This document shows positions 25,750 to 39,514 of a stretch of 64,000 nt of DNA, one piece after another (the stretch's first letter is position 1; the number at the start of each line of letters is the position of its first letter). Source of the DNA: Mobula hypostoma. Lineage: Eukaryota. The position numbers were made by a program, and so were the translations under genes. The notes below the pieces were generated by a model. That model did not search any database. It was not told the DNA's origin and saw only the letters and a program-made list of their open reading frames with translations. The stretch spans positions 27,778,001 to 27,842,000 of the forward strand of contig NC_086118.1 of assembly GCF_963921235.1 (NCBI RefSeq), given 5' to 3'.

Positions 25750-27806
25750 GCCACTGTCCCTGTGTGGAAGGAGTGGGGAATCACAGTGCATATCTTTAAC
25801 ACATGTGTCCGTTGTGGACTTCCTCACCTTTCTGGCGTGTTACCTTGAGGGAGCGGGTAACTGCGTGGATCTCAAGGATGTGTTTGGGATGACACAAACA
25901 TCAGTTGAAGGTCGAGTTGAGGGTGAATGTGAATAGTGCCTTCATCCACCCTCCCTCAGTGTTTACCTTCAGAATGAACCATGGTTATAGGCCAATTAAC
26001 CTAGACTCTCGTCACTGCAACAAGCCCAGTGCATTGAAGTCACCTTCACAAACTGCAATCTGGAAGGCCAATGCAAACACTGAATGTATGTGGGGAGGTA
26101 GCCCAGCCCTGGCACCAGGTGTTTCCTAACCACTGCCTTCTCTGAGCTTTCTGTCACCTACAGGAGCAACAGAACACAGGCAGGAGGATAGGAGTTGAAC
26201 TTCAAGCCGCTGACCCCAAGGCATATTGAGGAACTAGAGAGGGAGACGCAGGATGGAGAACCTGAAATGCCTCTTTGATCCCACTGTACACTGCTGGGAA
26301 GGGTGAGGAGAACATCAAATGGTTCTTCATCCGCAGAGAGGTCCAGAATGTAAGGAAGACTCAGAAAGAAACTGCACCAACCATGGACAGGGTTGCAGCA
26401 ACTTCTTCTGTAGCCAACGAAGTTGGATCTGAGGGAAGAACTTCAAGACGTGAGGAGCGAGCAAGTTTAGTTCTTTGCCTCCGAGTCCTCCAAGATCACC
26501 TTTTGATCTAGTGTCCACTCTGTGGAACAGGATGAGACATGCTCAGCTTATGTGTCTTCTGCCAAAATGTCCTCGGGGGTGGCGGGGGGATCCATAGCCT
26601 AAAGGAGAGCACAGCTCAGTAAACATCTTCACAGAGAGGGGATCTGCAGATCATTCTTTGCTGTTCTGTATGAAAGAAAGTTCACAGAGAGCACGTCCTC
26701 CCATATTTCCTGTCTTCTATCATGGAGGTGTTAGATGACAGCAAGTGGAAGAATCTGAAGTGGCCTCTGACTCTGGAGGAGCTGATTGGCTCCATCTGTT
26801 CCTTTGATTTGAATAAAACTCCTGGTAGCGATGGCTTACCTGATGAGTTGTACTCGGCTCTGTGGGACTAGGTGGGCTTAGACCTGCTGGAAATGTGCAA
26901 TGTCACGCTTCCGGCTGACAGCATATCAGACTCCATGAGGAAGAGCATAATTACTCTAATCTACATGCAAAGGGGGGACAAGGATAAAATCTGGAATTGG
27001 AGAACCTTCTTGGTCTTGAATATAGATGACAAGATCCTGTGAAAAGCCATCATCAACAGAGTCAAGTCTACACTGGGACAGGCAAACCAGTAATCTACTT
27101 GGAAGAAGGTATTTGACAGCCTTGTACTGCTCAGATACCAACCCACAAGTGCAGACCTGGGGTGGATGCCTGCCTGGTCAGCTTGGATCAGGTAAAGGCC
27201 TTCGACAGGATATCACGCACATACATCCGAGCAGAATACAGTAGAGATGAGACAGTTGCTTATTTCTTTGCGGGTTGTAGGTTTGCAAAATGGGTGTGAA
27301 GAAAGATGCACTGTCCTGTCTTAAACCCTGCTTAACAGAGGACTCTGATCCATGGCCATTCCCGGGGGTGGGGGGGGGCATACACAGAGAGCAGACATCA
27401 AGTCCTGCTGAAGGATTATCAAACTTGGTGAAAGATGCCCATTGGTCAGCAAAAAATGTGTTGTTCTCCCAGCACATTGAGATAGAGGAACTCTGCTGGA
27501 GTACATACTGAGGGATGCACTGAGGCTTGGTGCAGCCAATGCAGGGGCTCAGTGGGGAAAGACCATAATAAAAGGTCCTTCCTCTACTGGACAGGACAGG
27601 GCTTGGTTGGGCAAGAAAGCCCTTCAGTCATTGTAGTAGTGTACCACCTCAGGGGACCACATGAGTGGCAATTTTGTTACTGGTTTAAAAGAAATTTAAC
27701 TTTACACGAAGTTTATTGTCTATGAATATAAGAATGAAAAGGTGTTGCACTATTTATTATTGTATTTTTTATTATGAATAAAGTTTACTTTGGTTAATAA
27801 AAATAA
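25750..27806 (+). mobile_element. Degraded, internally deleted Tx1/L1-clade LINE
   Basis: ~26760-27010 translates PLTLEEL..NKTPGSDGLPDELYSALWD*VGLDLLEM..SMRKSIITLIY..NWR; LVSLDQ.KAFDRISRTY-like at ~27170; AATAAA and A-rich end at 27777-27806. Confidence 0.75.
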
Positions 27807-27810
27807 TGTC

Positions 27811-28465
27811 GCGGAGGGAGGAGAAGATGGCAGCACGACGCAGTGCGCACGGCCGTTCCGAATGAATATTGATTATGTGTTAACTAGGGGGCCGTGCACA
27901 AACCGGATTTGATGGAGACAGTTGTGAGAAGCACGGAGGAACACCTGGAGTAACTTCTGAAATGCCTGCTTCGCTGCCGCTGCTACTGTGCGATCGAGAA
28001 TCTCCAGAGACGAAGGCCCCAAATCCTCGGCTTTGCCTATTGCCTGTTGCTGGGGTCGGGGTCGAAGCACTCGGCAGATCTGGTGCTCAGTGCTCGGTGT
28101 CGGAGAGCTGGTCGGAGGCTTGGAGTTTTCGGACGGACTCGGAGTCGGACTGTGGTCGGATGCTTCCGGAATGCTGCATCGGCAAGTTGGTAGTGCTGGA
28201 GGTTTACTGTCTGCGTGAGATGATGGAGCTTTTGAGAGACTTTGAGACTTTTAAGGTGCCATGGTCTGTTCTTATCAAATTACAGTATTGCTTTGTACTT
28301 TTGTAACTATATGTTATAATGATGTGGTTTTGTTAGTTTTTAGGTCGGTTTGTCATGTGTTTCCGTGATATCATTCTGGAAAAACATTGTATTATTTCTT
28401 AATACATGCATTACTAAATGACAATAAAAGAGGACTACGTGTCCTCATAATCTAATTTAATCTAA
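27811..28465 (+). mobile_element. Non-coding retroposon family B
   Basis: Starts GGAGAAGATGGCAG; CpG-rich body; AATAAA followed by an (AATCT)n tail; homologous to 53657-54327. Confidence 0.8.
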
Positions 28466-28715
28466 TATCTAATTTGGTCCTGTGATACTAGCACTCTAAC
28501 AATGATATTCACAAGAGCTCAGATGAGAAAGACTATTACAATTCTAAGCACAATTACAACTGGTCACCTATTCTATACCAGGAGCGAGTTCAAAACATCA
28601 GCTGTGGTTTCCTACTGTTAAGTATGCTTAGTGAGATTGTGTGTAAGGACTTTAATTAAGATACAACAAACGTGTGTTGCTTTAATTAAGATGGTCATTC
28701 CAATGAGCTTTCTCA

Positions 28716-29912
28716 ATGACAAATTTGTTGGAATTTTTTGATGAATTAACAAGTCAAGCAAAGAACCCATCACATTACAGGAAAGATACTAGCATGCATA
28801 GAGCATTGGCTGATTGCCAGGAAGCAATGAGTAGGAATAAAGGGAACTTTTCTGATAAACTGCTGGTGACTATTGGTGTTCCGCAGGGGTCAGTGTTGGG
28901 ACCACTTCCTTTTACAATATATGTCAATGATTTGGATGATTTTTCATTATATGTCAATGATTTTGATCTGGAATTGATGGCCTTGTGGCCAAGTTTGCAG
29001 ATGATACGAAGATGGGTGTTGGGCCATGCAGTATTGATGAAGCAAGGAGACTGTAGAAGGACTTAGACAGATTAGGAGATTAGGCAAAGAAATGGCATAT
29101 GGGAAGTGCATAGACATGCACTTTGGTAGAAGGAATAAACACGTAGACAATTTTCTAAATGGGGAGAAAATACAAAAAAAAATCCAAAGTGCAACGGGAC
29201 TTGGGAGTCTTCGTGTAGAATTCCCTAAAGGTTAACTTGCAGGTTGAGTCAGTGGTGAGCAAGGCAGATGCAATGTTAGGATTCATTTCAAGATGATGAG
29301 AATCTAAAAACAAGAATGCAATTCTGAAGCTTTATGAGTCATTGGTGAGCCTTCCCTTGGAGTATTTTGAGCAGTTTTGGGCTCCTTATCTGAGACAGTA
29401 TGTGCTGACATTGGAGAGGGTTCGAAGAACGTTCACGAAAATGATTTTAGGAATGAAAGGCTTATGGTATAAGGAGCGTTTGATGGCTCTGGTCCTGTAT
29501 TCACTAGAATTGGGAAGAATAGGGGAGATCGCACTGAAAACTTTCGAAGATTGAAAGCCCTAGATAGAATGGATGTGGAGAGGATGCGTCCTACAGTGGG
29601 GGAAGTCTAGGACAGGAGGGCTCAACATCAGAATAGAGAGATGTCCATTTAGAATGGAGATGAGGAGGAATTTCTTTAGCTAGAGGGTAGTGAATCTGTG
29701 GGATTTATTCCCCCAAGCAGCTAAGGAGGCCAGGTCACTGGGTAATTTTAAGGCAGGAATTGATCGAATCTTGTTAAGTTAGAGTATGAAAGATTATAGG
29801 GAGATGGCAGGAGAATGGAGTTGAGGGGAAAATGGATCAGCCATGATGAAATGGCGGAGCAGACTCAATGGGCTGAATGGCCTAACTCCATTGTATGTCT
29901 TATGGTCTTATG
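28716..29912 (+). mobile_element. Old CR1 RT + 3' end
   Basis: [32 protein letters not shown]; tail TCTTATGGTCTTATGG. Confidence 0.88.
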
Positions 29913-30254
29913 GAAATAGTTGTTTAAATGTGATGCCTACAATATGGTGGCCCTTCTGTCTATATATGTACCAAAAAATTTGTTGGAACTTAATTACGTT
30001 TCTTTACTGAAGTGCTGAAGTTCAGCATTGGTGTGGGTAGGCTTATATTGAAAACAGCATCTTCCTTTAAGCTGTCTTTGTTACCAATTGCAATGGCGGA
30101 CTTTCAAAGCAAACCAGCTTGACAGCACAAATTCCCACAGATCTTCTAGCTTACAGGCTGGGAAATTTGCCTGCTGAACCCATGACAAGTTAACCTAAGA
30201 TCTATGATTCGAACTGTGCATGTGGTTACTGCAGTAAGTCATTTTATTATAATC

Positions 30255-30510
30255 ATTTAAAAATTTTATTTATTAAGAGATACAGTATGGTAACAGGCCC
30301 TTCCAGCCCAATGAGCCCAAGGTGCCCAATTCCACTCATTTGACCAATTACCTTATTAAACCATACTTCTTTGGAATGTGGGAGGAAACTGAAGCACTGG
30401 AGGAAATCCAGATCATCCCAAGGAGAGCATACTCCTTACAGACAGTGGTGGAATTGAACCAGGGTCACAGGCATTGTAATACCATTATGTTAACTGCTAA
30501 ACACCATTCC
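30255..30510 (-). mobile_element. Degraded SINE
   Basis: TTGGAATGTGGGAGGAAACTGAAGCACTGGAGGAAA is complementary to the SINE core seen at ~60340-60372; B-box-like GAATTGAACC. Confidence 0.55.
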
Positions 30511-31779
30511 TCTGTTATTAATTGATGATTTACATGTATGAATAGATTGTTGTTGCTTTACTATGTGTGTATATATGTATGCACACACGTGTCTGTGTGT
30601 GTGTGTAGAAATGCAAATAAAGAATATACAATTTAAATTATTACAGCAGAAAACATACTTCACAAATTGTACATAGCATTGGTTTGAAATGCAACATGGT
30701 GAAGTCCTCCAGACAGATAATGGGGCAAATTCATTTGTGTAACAGACAAAATATTTGATAAGCTACATAATGATCAAATTATCCCGTAATGATCAAACCT
30801 ACCCATAGACAGCTATGGGTACCCCTAGGTAATTTCTAAAGTAAGTACATGTTTGGCACAGCACTGCGGGCCAAAGAGCCTGTATTGTGCTGTAGGTTTT
30901 CTATGTTTCTACCTTTTTAAAAATCGTTCACTATTTCCCAGAGAGTGGAGAAATGACGCAAATTATTTAGGGCCTGAAATAATGACTAGAACTACAATGG
31001 AATTAGAAGTGCATGTTGGTAGTAAATAACACAGCAATCAAAAACAACTTCTCTCAATTAGTACATCAAAATTGATATTAAAATATATTAATTTGATCCC
31101 AAGCTCTTTAAAAATGAATCAGTTAATTCCCTCTGATTTGCAGCCAGAAAAGAATTAAAAAATGTTGATGAAAATGTGGGATAATATAAAAAGCCTGAGT
31201 TTACATAGTACCATATAAACCACATTTTAATGCTCATTAAAATCATCATGTTTATCAGCATAATATAATCCTGTCATTTGCTAGATAGGTATTAAATAAT
31301 GTGTAGACGGATGTACAATCCATCAGATGTAATCAAACAGATATAACTTTCTCCAAAGCTGGGAATGGTAATGTTGATGCACAAGAAGGGTATTACCCAT
31401 TACATTTATATCCTTTATCTTGTGCATTGCTGTTGGAGAGTAACATATTACATGTTCTGGTATTGGCTTCCAAATGAGTTCATGGGCTACAAGCAGCACC
31501 TAAAAAAATCACCAAAAAATCTATATCTATTTCTCATAACAGCCTTCATTATTATTTATGTATGCATGGTCATTATTTAATCAGAATTTTAAGCGATTTA
31601 AAAGTTGGTTCTGAATCTAGAAGTGATTTCAGCTAGTCAAAACAATGATTTTTCAGTAAGTTGTAAAAATGACATTAAAACCCATTGGTCTAGGCTGCAC
31701 ATGAATCACTTCTCATCACCTTGACATCTGCAAATTGTTTTCTATTTTGAATATAGCACATACTTCATTCCAAAACGGA

Positions 31780-32370
31780 TCAAAAAGGTACAGAAGGTGC
31801 AAAGGTTCATAGGTACATTTATTATCAAATTATACATGCAGCATACAACTCTGGGATTCACCTTCTCCAGACAGTCAAGAAACAAAGAAAACCATGGAGG
31901 CCATTTAAAGAAAAACATCAACCTCTCCCCAAGCATTTAAAAAAACAAATCATGTAAATGGCAAGAAGAACCACTACATCCCCATGCAAAAAGAAACATA
32001 TCACCCAAACAGTAATAAGAACACCAACCTCCCACGTGAAAATAAACACTGTGCAAATGGCAACAAGAATATCAAACCCCAAACCCCAAATCCCAACCCC
32101 CCCAAAAAAAATCAAATCGCGCAAACTGCAACACAAAAGAATGGGTTAAAACACAGAATATAAAACCATAAAACTGAAAAAGTCCAATTTGAACTACAGT
32201 TCATTCATAAATCGCAGAAATCTAGAGTAACATCCTCCTATAACATCAAGGGAGAGAGAGAGAGAGAGACAACTCGAACACAGAGGCCTTCCCTCGGGAA
32301 CAGACAGCAAGAGATCCATCACGCACAAACACCTTCTACAGTGGCAGCAAGCAGTAGACCATCACCATAT
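31780..32370 (-). repeat. Non-coding repeat family C
   Basis: Shares AAGGTTCA..ACAACTCTG..ATTCA.CTTCTCCAGA..AAAACCATGG with 57495-58040. Confidence 0.6.
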
Positions 32371-32744
32371 AATCCTGCAGATAATTTTCTATTTTAGGAG
32401 GAATTTTTTGTTTCAACATCCTGGTTGATAATGTATTAGTTCCATTATTGAATAATGCACTTAAGGCGGCTAATTTACTTTGTTCTTGTTTCACAAGGTG
32501 TTTAAAGTCAAGTCGGCAGCTTGCTGTACATTGGCTAAAGTTATAGAACGTACTTACTGTCCATTACTCCTCTGGTCCGTCATCTCAAGTTCAGGGTCAA
32601 GTTCAGTTTAATTATCATTCAACCATTCATGAATCCCCACTAACAGAGCCCAATGAAATAGCGTTACTCTGGAGCAAAGGTGCAAAGCACAGTTCCAACA
32701 GTTATACACTGCACAAGGTATACATAAGAAAGCAAGCACATACA

Positions 32745-33632
32745 CTCTATACCTATGGTGCTGCGGCTAGGCACATCTCAAATGCCATCTATAAATTTGC
32801 TGATGACGTAACTGTTGCTGGTAGAATTTCAGATGGTGACAAGAAGATGTGCAGGAGTAAGAGACACCAACTAGCTGAGTAGAGTCGTAGCAACAACTTG
32901 CACTCACCATCAGCAAGACCAAAGAATTGATTATGGATTTCAGAAAGGCTAAGAGGAGGAAACACACACCTGTCCTCATTGTGGGGTCAGAAGTGGAAAA
33001 GGTGAGCAATTTCAAGTTCCTGGGAGTCAACATCTCTGAGGATCTATCCTGGGCCCAACATATTGATGAGTCACAAAGAAGGCACAACGACAGCTATATT
33101 TCATGAGGAGTTTGAGGAGATTTGAGGAGAAGACACTCACAAATTTCTACAGATGTACTGTGGAGAGCATTCTAACTGGCTGCATCACCATCTGGTATGG
33201 GGGGTGGGAGGGGGACTTCACCAGATCAAAAAAAAGTTGCAGAAAATTGTAAACTCAGTCAGCTCCATCCTGGGCACTAGCCTCCCCAGCATCAAAAGCA
33301 GCATCCATCATGAAGGATCCCCATCACCCAGGGCATGTCCTCTTCTTATTTTTACCATCAGGGAGGAGGTCCAGGAGCCTGAAGGAACACACACAACGAC
33401 TCAGAAATAGCTTCTTCCTCTTATTCATCAGATTTCTGGATGGATATTGAACCCATGAAGACTACCTCACTACTTTATATTCTCTTTTTGCACTAGTTAT
33501 TTAATATAACTTTCTAAATATGCATCGTCTTCTTACTGTAATTTACAGTTTTTACCATTATGTACTGCAACGTACTGCAGCCGCATAACAGATTACATGA
33601 CGTGTGGTAGTAATATTAACCCTGATTCTGAT
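32745..33632 (+). mobile_element. Rex1/Babar-like LINE 3' fragment
   Basis: KFADD-like AAATTTGCTGATGAC, KTKELIMDFRK, FKFLGVNISEDLSW; tail CCTGATTCTGATTC. Confidence 0.85.
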
Positions 33633-34959
33633 TCCAGAAGAACAGTAAAATATATTTGCATACAAGAAATTATAGTGAAAGTCCCTGTGTCCATGAATGT
33701 TGCTGCAGTCTGCAGTTGAACACAAGCCGACTTGTCTTCTGCTGAGCGAACACTAGGAGGCAGCACATTGCCCCTGGCATTCTAGTGGAGCGCACCAACC
33801 CTGACGTCTCTCTCTCCTGGTTGGCTGTAAACGGGCGACATCACAGCTTGAGGCCTAGTCCTTGCTACAACTGAGGCTACGCATCTCTATCCGTCCTTGG
33901 CCATATACTGTCGCACACAGATGTAGAAGGATTCTTCATTGCTCTTCCAGTGACAGTCAGGGTTGTTAGCCCTGAGTTGAATTTCCAAACTCGGAGGACT
34001 GGTGGACCAGTCTTAGTCTAGCCTCTACTCTTTTCCCTATTTGGCACAGGTGATTGCACCAAGAGCCAAAGTATAAGGCCCTAACTCCAGCCAGCATAAC
34101 ACTCTGGGTCATTAAGGTATGCAAGCCTCCAAACAGCAACATGGTTGTGGTCTTCATGGAAGAATAGAACATCCTTGCATAATATTACAGCTTTTTATCT
34201 GAAGCTATTTATTTTGAAGTATTAGATGGGTTCCCTCTGTCTTTCAAAAATGTAGCTTATGTGGTTATTCATGCATCATTTTTGTTTTCCTTGTTATTAA
34301 AAGCAGTTATATATCATAATCTCACCACTTCATTTATCCTGTTGATAGAGGATCACATTAAAAGAAATAATTATTTGCCATGTTACTTCTGCTTAGATTG
34401 TATGTTATCATTTCTGTCAATGCAGAAGATGTGTACAAGCACATAAGGAATTGTTCTCCAGGAACCTTGGCATACTGCACAGGACTTGTTTGCCTTTGAA
34501 AGCATGTCATCTGTTTTCTTGGAAGCTTAGCAGTCAGCTATCTTGAGTAATAAAGCATTATAGAAGAAAATATTGTTGTATTTGATTTTGGATTTGTGTT
34601 GATTAGTCATGTCTTAGCTAGTAATATGGTGAATTGATGAATTTTGTGATAAAAAATAGAACATATGACAAATACCCAAATTACTATTTCATATTAATGA
34701 TCTTGTTCTACACTGGGAAAAGATAGAAACCAGATGTGCTTTATCATTCAAAGATATTGGAAGGGTAGAGAAAACTAAGTGAACATCTATGATAGGATGG
34801 TCACCAAGAGAGATTGTATGACTAAAGTTGTGGCAGTGCTGGGTACATTAGTCACAGCTGATGTATCTGAAGAGATGCAAATGAAGCAAATGCATGAAAA
34901 AAGAGACAGAAATGGTAATAATGTTGGAACTTCTGTTAAAGAATCTATAGCTGTTTCAT

Positions 34960-35930
34960 TCCCTCACCAAAGCAGACAGGACTCTCAATCATTTGTGTTC
35001 CATTTTCCACAGTTCTGCTCTCACTGAGAACAAGGCTCTCTCTCATCTTCACCCCAATCAGCCTCCGCAGTTTTAATTTCTAGCACTTTTAAAACGATAT
35101 CACTCCAGGCACATTTTCCCTTTCAGGAATCCAAATGAACTCATCGCTTCTCCTGTCTTTGATTCACTCTCCTTCTCAAAACACCCATGCAATCACAGGA
35201 GAATCAACACTTGCTCTTTCCCTTTTTGCCTTTCCTAATTTCCAAGGATTCAGTTTGTCCAGATGAAGCAGCGAATCACTTATTCTTTTTCTGATTAGAT
35301 ATACTGCAGTCAGTGACAAGATCCTAAACATTTTCTCCTTAACACGGGATAAAGCAAACAGAAGTTGGGTGGTGTCTTAGGAAAACACTCCCCTTCAGTC
35401 CATAGGGGAACTTCTGAGTTTCAAGTTACAGGTCACTTTAATTTTCCATCCAACTCCCACACCAACCTTTCAGTTATTTCAGACTTTCATCAACTGAAGT
35501 TCTCCTGGTTTTCAAGATCTAAGTTTGGAGCAGGGTATCTGTTACTGACTTTAACCATTTATTATTACAGGAAGTGCAAACTTTCAACTGTTGGATGAGA
35601 AAGGGATTAGTTTTGGATAATACTTGGGAAAGCTGATCAGGACAGAGGTGAGGGCAAAGTTGAACAAATGATAATGACCTGGTCAACCCAGCTTCAAATT
35701 CTAATCACTCCTTATCTTCATAAGATCCTATTTTGAACTCTCCAACTCCACTTACATAAATGAGGATAGTCTATTGAACATGAAGCCATTGATTCCCACA
35801 TCTAACTTGTTTCATTATTACTTCCTGGAAGGATTCAAATACATTCTTCCAGTTTCTCTGTCTCAGTTGTACATTTTCATATAATGCTACATTCCACATC
35901 AATATCAACAGGAAGTCTTCCTTTCTGCTA
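34960..35930 (+). mobile_element. Highly degraded Penelope-like fragments
   Basis: ORF 35365 contains FQVTGHFNFPSNSHT, matching LPVVTHFNSTSHSHS of the 48077 ORF. Confidence 0.5.
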
Positions 35931-38052
35931 ATTTGAATATTCTGTGACCCTTGATCTGTCCTTCACATTTCCTACGTACTTTTCAGTGACACAAAGGTGT
36001 ATACATACCAATATTACCTTCCAATAATTGGTTTTTGGCAGCCGCACTTGAAATGAGGTTGTCTGAAACAGGAACAAGACAAAACGCCCTCCTAAAGTAC
36101 TATTTAAATGCTAGATTTTGATTGATAACAAAATGGAAATATTTGGAAAGAGGATGTTCAGTGGATGATTTTGTGAAAAGTCAGCCATGCGTTTGAGACA
36201 AATTACGCTAAGGATAAAAAAAAGAATCAAAATGTTCATTTGGATTAAAATGCAGGGAATAAAAACTGGGCTTAGGATGGATGAGTGTCACTGAATGGAA
36301 TCTGGTAAACTGGATTGGTAAATCTGGTAAATGAGATAGGTTGGTTACCGGTGCAAATAATCATTTGGAATTAAAAAAAAATAATGCAATAGTAAAGAGC
36401 TGAACTAAAAAAAGGGAAGAATGAGAAAATATTTTTATACAAGCACTCTGACTGGTATTTCAATGGCAGCATCAATTTTCATACTACTTCTGAAATTTTA
36501 GTTCCAGTGAAGTCAGTAGAAAGAATGACAAAAGTGTAGTTGAATAGCAGTCACTGAGTTTCTTGCCTATCAGGCCTCCCTTGATAAAAAAATGTTGTGC
36601 AATGAATTATAGACCACCATCTGATAAGGTGACTTTCTCCCCAAGGAAGTTAGGGTTGGTGCCTTGATAAGGAGTTGACAATTTAAGATTAAACATGAAT
36701 CTGTGTTTTGCGAGTTCAGTGGATGCTTAGTCAAGGCAAATTATTCAGGAAACAGTTCTTAACAAGAAAAAATACTTTTGGATATAATAACTAATTTCTA
36801 ACAATTTATAACTATTCTAGTTGTATATTTAAAATACCAGAAGCAAAAGTATTCTCAGAGAATTTATTTTAACATCAATGACAATGAGGTGGTAATGGTG
36901 TTGAAGTGATACTGAATACACATAATGGCTTACAACTCAGATGCAGCTTAATGCTTTTACTGATGTTTGCCATGGAGTTTAATTACATATATTATTAAAT
37001 TCACAATCCAATTCCCAATGATATTCACAGCAAAAGGCAAAGTATAGTTTGTCATCAATCTAGATTCTTCACTATCAGATGATATTTAACAGATAACTGA
37101 AAGGCCATTGGAATCACTCAAGTATGTTGCGGTATAATGGTGTGGGATTTTCACTTTGCACCTTGTCCTCTTATTTTTACTGCATTCAGCCTGGAGTGTG
37201 CGTCCTTTGCTCTGTCATTGTAAAATATCTGTCTCCCAGCTGTTTTGTAAGTCCCTTTCTGATATCTGTTTTGTCTTCCTCGATGCGGAAGCTAAAAATG
37301 CTATTAAAAACTATAGATAGAGGAGAGTTTTTTTCATGTAATGCAGAAATCCAAGGCGGAAGTGCACCAATAACTTCTCCTAATCTTGAAAATGGGAATA
37401 AAACCATGAAATGTACTTACAATATTTTAATTTCATAGAACATTACTACCACAGAGTGGAATTTAGATGGGAGGAAGTAGTCCTGAGAGATTTCTCAGTG
37501 TTGACTCTGGATCTCATGAAATTTCAGGAAGTCAGGTCAAATAAGGGCAAGTCAATTTTGTAGCTTATTGTTTGCTGTTCTTTCTCAGCTGATGAGTCAC
37601 ATATGTTGAAGACCCATATCATAGAGCAATGAGAGTATAAAGGGCATAGACTGCCCCTTGCAATGGGGACATGATTTCAAGGCCACTGACCATCTGGCCT
37701 AGACAGTTGATAGATGAACTCAAGAGAATAGCTTACTTGACCTTAACTTCATTAATTAAACTGTCGCAGATGTTTCTGTCCATGAAAGCATAGACTGGAG
37801 TCATCACCATATTGAAGATATTCCCTTCCTTCTTTCCTCTCTACCTCTACCTCCTTTCTGAATCTTAAAGAAAACTTGTGTTCTTACATTTCCATTTCTG
37901 ATAAAAGATCCTCTAGCTGAAATGATGACTCTGTTTCTCCACGCCATAGATGCAATGGTGGTTGGCCTGCCCAGTGTTTCCAATATTTTCTGTTTTGTTT
38001 TGAAACACCATAAATTCCTTATGATGAAAAAAGGCTCACAGTCACATTTAAG

Positions 38053-38301
38053 CAACACACATCAAAGTTGCTGGTGAACGCAGCAGGCCAGGCAGCATCT
38101 CTGGGAAGAGATACAGTTGACGTTTCGGGCCGAGACCCTTCGTCAGGACTAACTGAAGGAAGAGTTAGTAAGAGATTTGAAAGTGGGAGGGGGAGGGGGA
38201 GATCCGAAATGATAGGAGAAGACAGGAGGGGGAGGGATGGAGCCAAGAGCTGGACAGGTGATTGGCAAAGGGGATACGAGAGGATCATGGGACAGGAGGC
38301 C
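38053..38301 (-). mobile_element. 5'-truncated Penelope-like 3' end
   Basis: Nearly identical to 47613-47870; perfect 14-bp TSD CAGTCACATTTAAG at 38039-38052 and 38302-38315. Confidence 0.92.
38115..38150 (-). ncRNA. Minimal type-I hammerhead ribozyme motif (core intact, stem I mismatch)
   Basis: AGTC CTGACGA A GGGT CTCG GCCC GAAA CG TC^AACT. Confidence 0.7.
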
Positions 38302-38374
38302 CAGTCACATTTAAGTCAACTTTCCAAATGCTGTATGGCAGTGCCATCATGCTGATTGGAGTTGACTCAGAAGA

Positions 38375-39212
38375 GATTCAGATTCAGATTTATTTATCAC
38401 AGGTACATCAAAATGGTAAAATGCATTCTTTATGTTAAGAACCAACCTATCTAAGGAAGTGTTGGGGACATCCCGCAAATGTTGCCACACATTCCAGTGC
38501 CAAGGTAGCATCCCCATGACAACAAAAAAAAAACAAAACCAGCAAAATATGCCTCCTTCCCACCGAACCACCCACACACCTCCTCACACAAAGAGGCTGG
38601 CTTCCTACCCAAGGTGAGGGCACCTCTAGGCCTCCAGTCCCAGAATCTCAACTTCTGGACTCGCACAGAGCTCTGACTGACCTGAGGGGTTATGGGCTTC
38701 GTGCCTCCTCTCTACATGTACCACCAATCCTGGGAACCACCGAACAGTTGTCTCCATCCTCAGTGCCTGCCAACCCAAACTTAGGCCTTGACTTCCATAC
38801 TTGCAGAGACCTCCAACCACAGGACTTGATGACCTGGAGATAAGTGGGGGGGGGGTTCACTTGCCCCCGTGTCTCCTGCCTGCATAAACCTCCAACCCAG
38901 GTGTCACTGACCTGGAGATTGCTGGTCTCCATACTCAGCAACTGCTGACCCAACATTGGGGTTCAGTGGCCTTTGACTGCGGAATGCCTGGACTCTGAAT
39001 ACCAGTTTCTGCCACTGATACATCATTTACTGCCCGAACCTCTAACTCTACCTCATCTCTTCCCTGAATCCTAACTTGACCTATAGCTCCAATATTGTGC
39101 CCACCTGCTCACACACTGCCATACTGTCCCCAAATCCATCCTTGAGAAGCTTTAAAAAAAGCTAAGTCAGAGCCACAACCTCAACAGACATTTCAGCTTG
39201 GTGCCATCTTGC
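38375..39212 (-). repeat. Non-coding retroposon family D
   Basis: The minus strand starts AAGATGGCAC and ends ATAAATAAATCTGAATCTGAATC. Confidence 0.55.
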
Positions 39213-39514
39213 AGTTCAACATGTGGCATCCATGAAGTACCATAAGGCATAGTCAACAGCAGTGTTGTATTCCACCAGAATTTGTAACCATGTGGTCTAT
39301 CATACTCTTCATCATCCATGAGCTTGAGGCCGTATACAAACAGCGCAGTCAGCGGTGGTGATGTTGCTGTTCTCTTAGCTTCTAAGTCTTCAACATGAAG
39401 GAAAACTGATTTATTAGCTGAGGAAAAGTTGTAAACTATATTGTTGCCCAAACCTTGTTGTTGGAATTGATTTCTTTATATTTGGAGGAGTGTGGAAGAG
39501 CATATGATATGTAA

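Noticed and set aside
37186..37407. Possible minus-strand host exon (TTTTTAG/CTTCCGCATC...)
   Set aside because: No recognisable protein in any frame and no convincing donor site.
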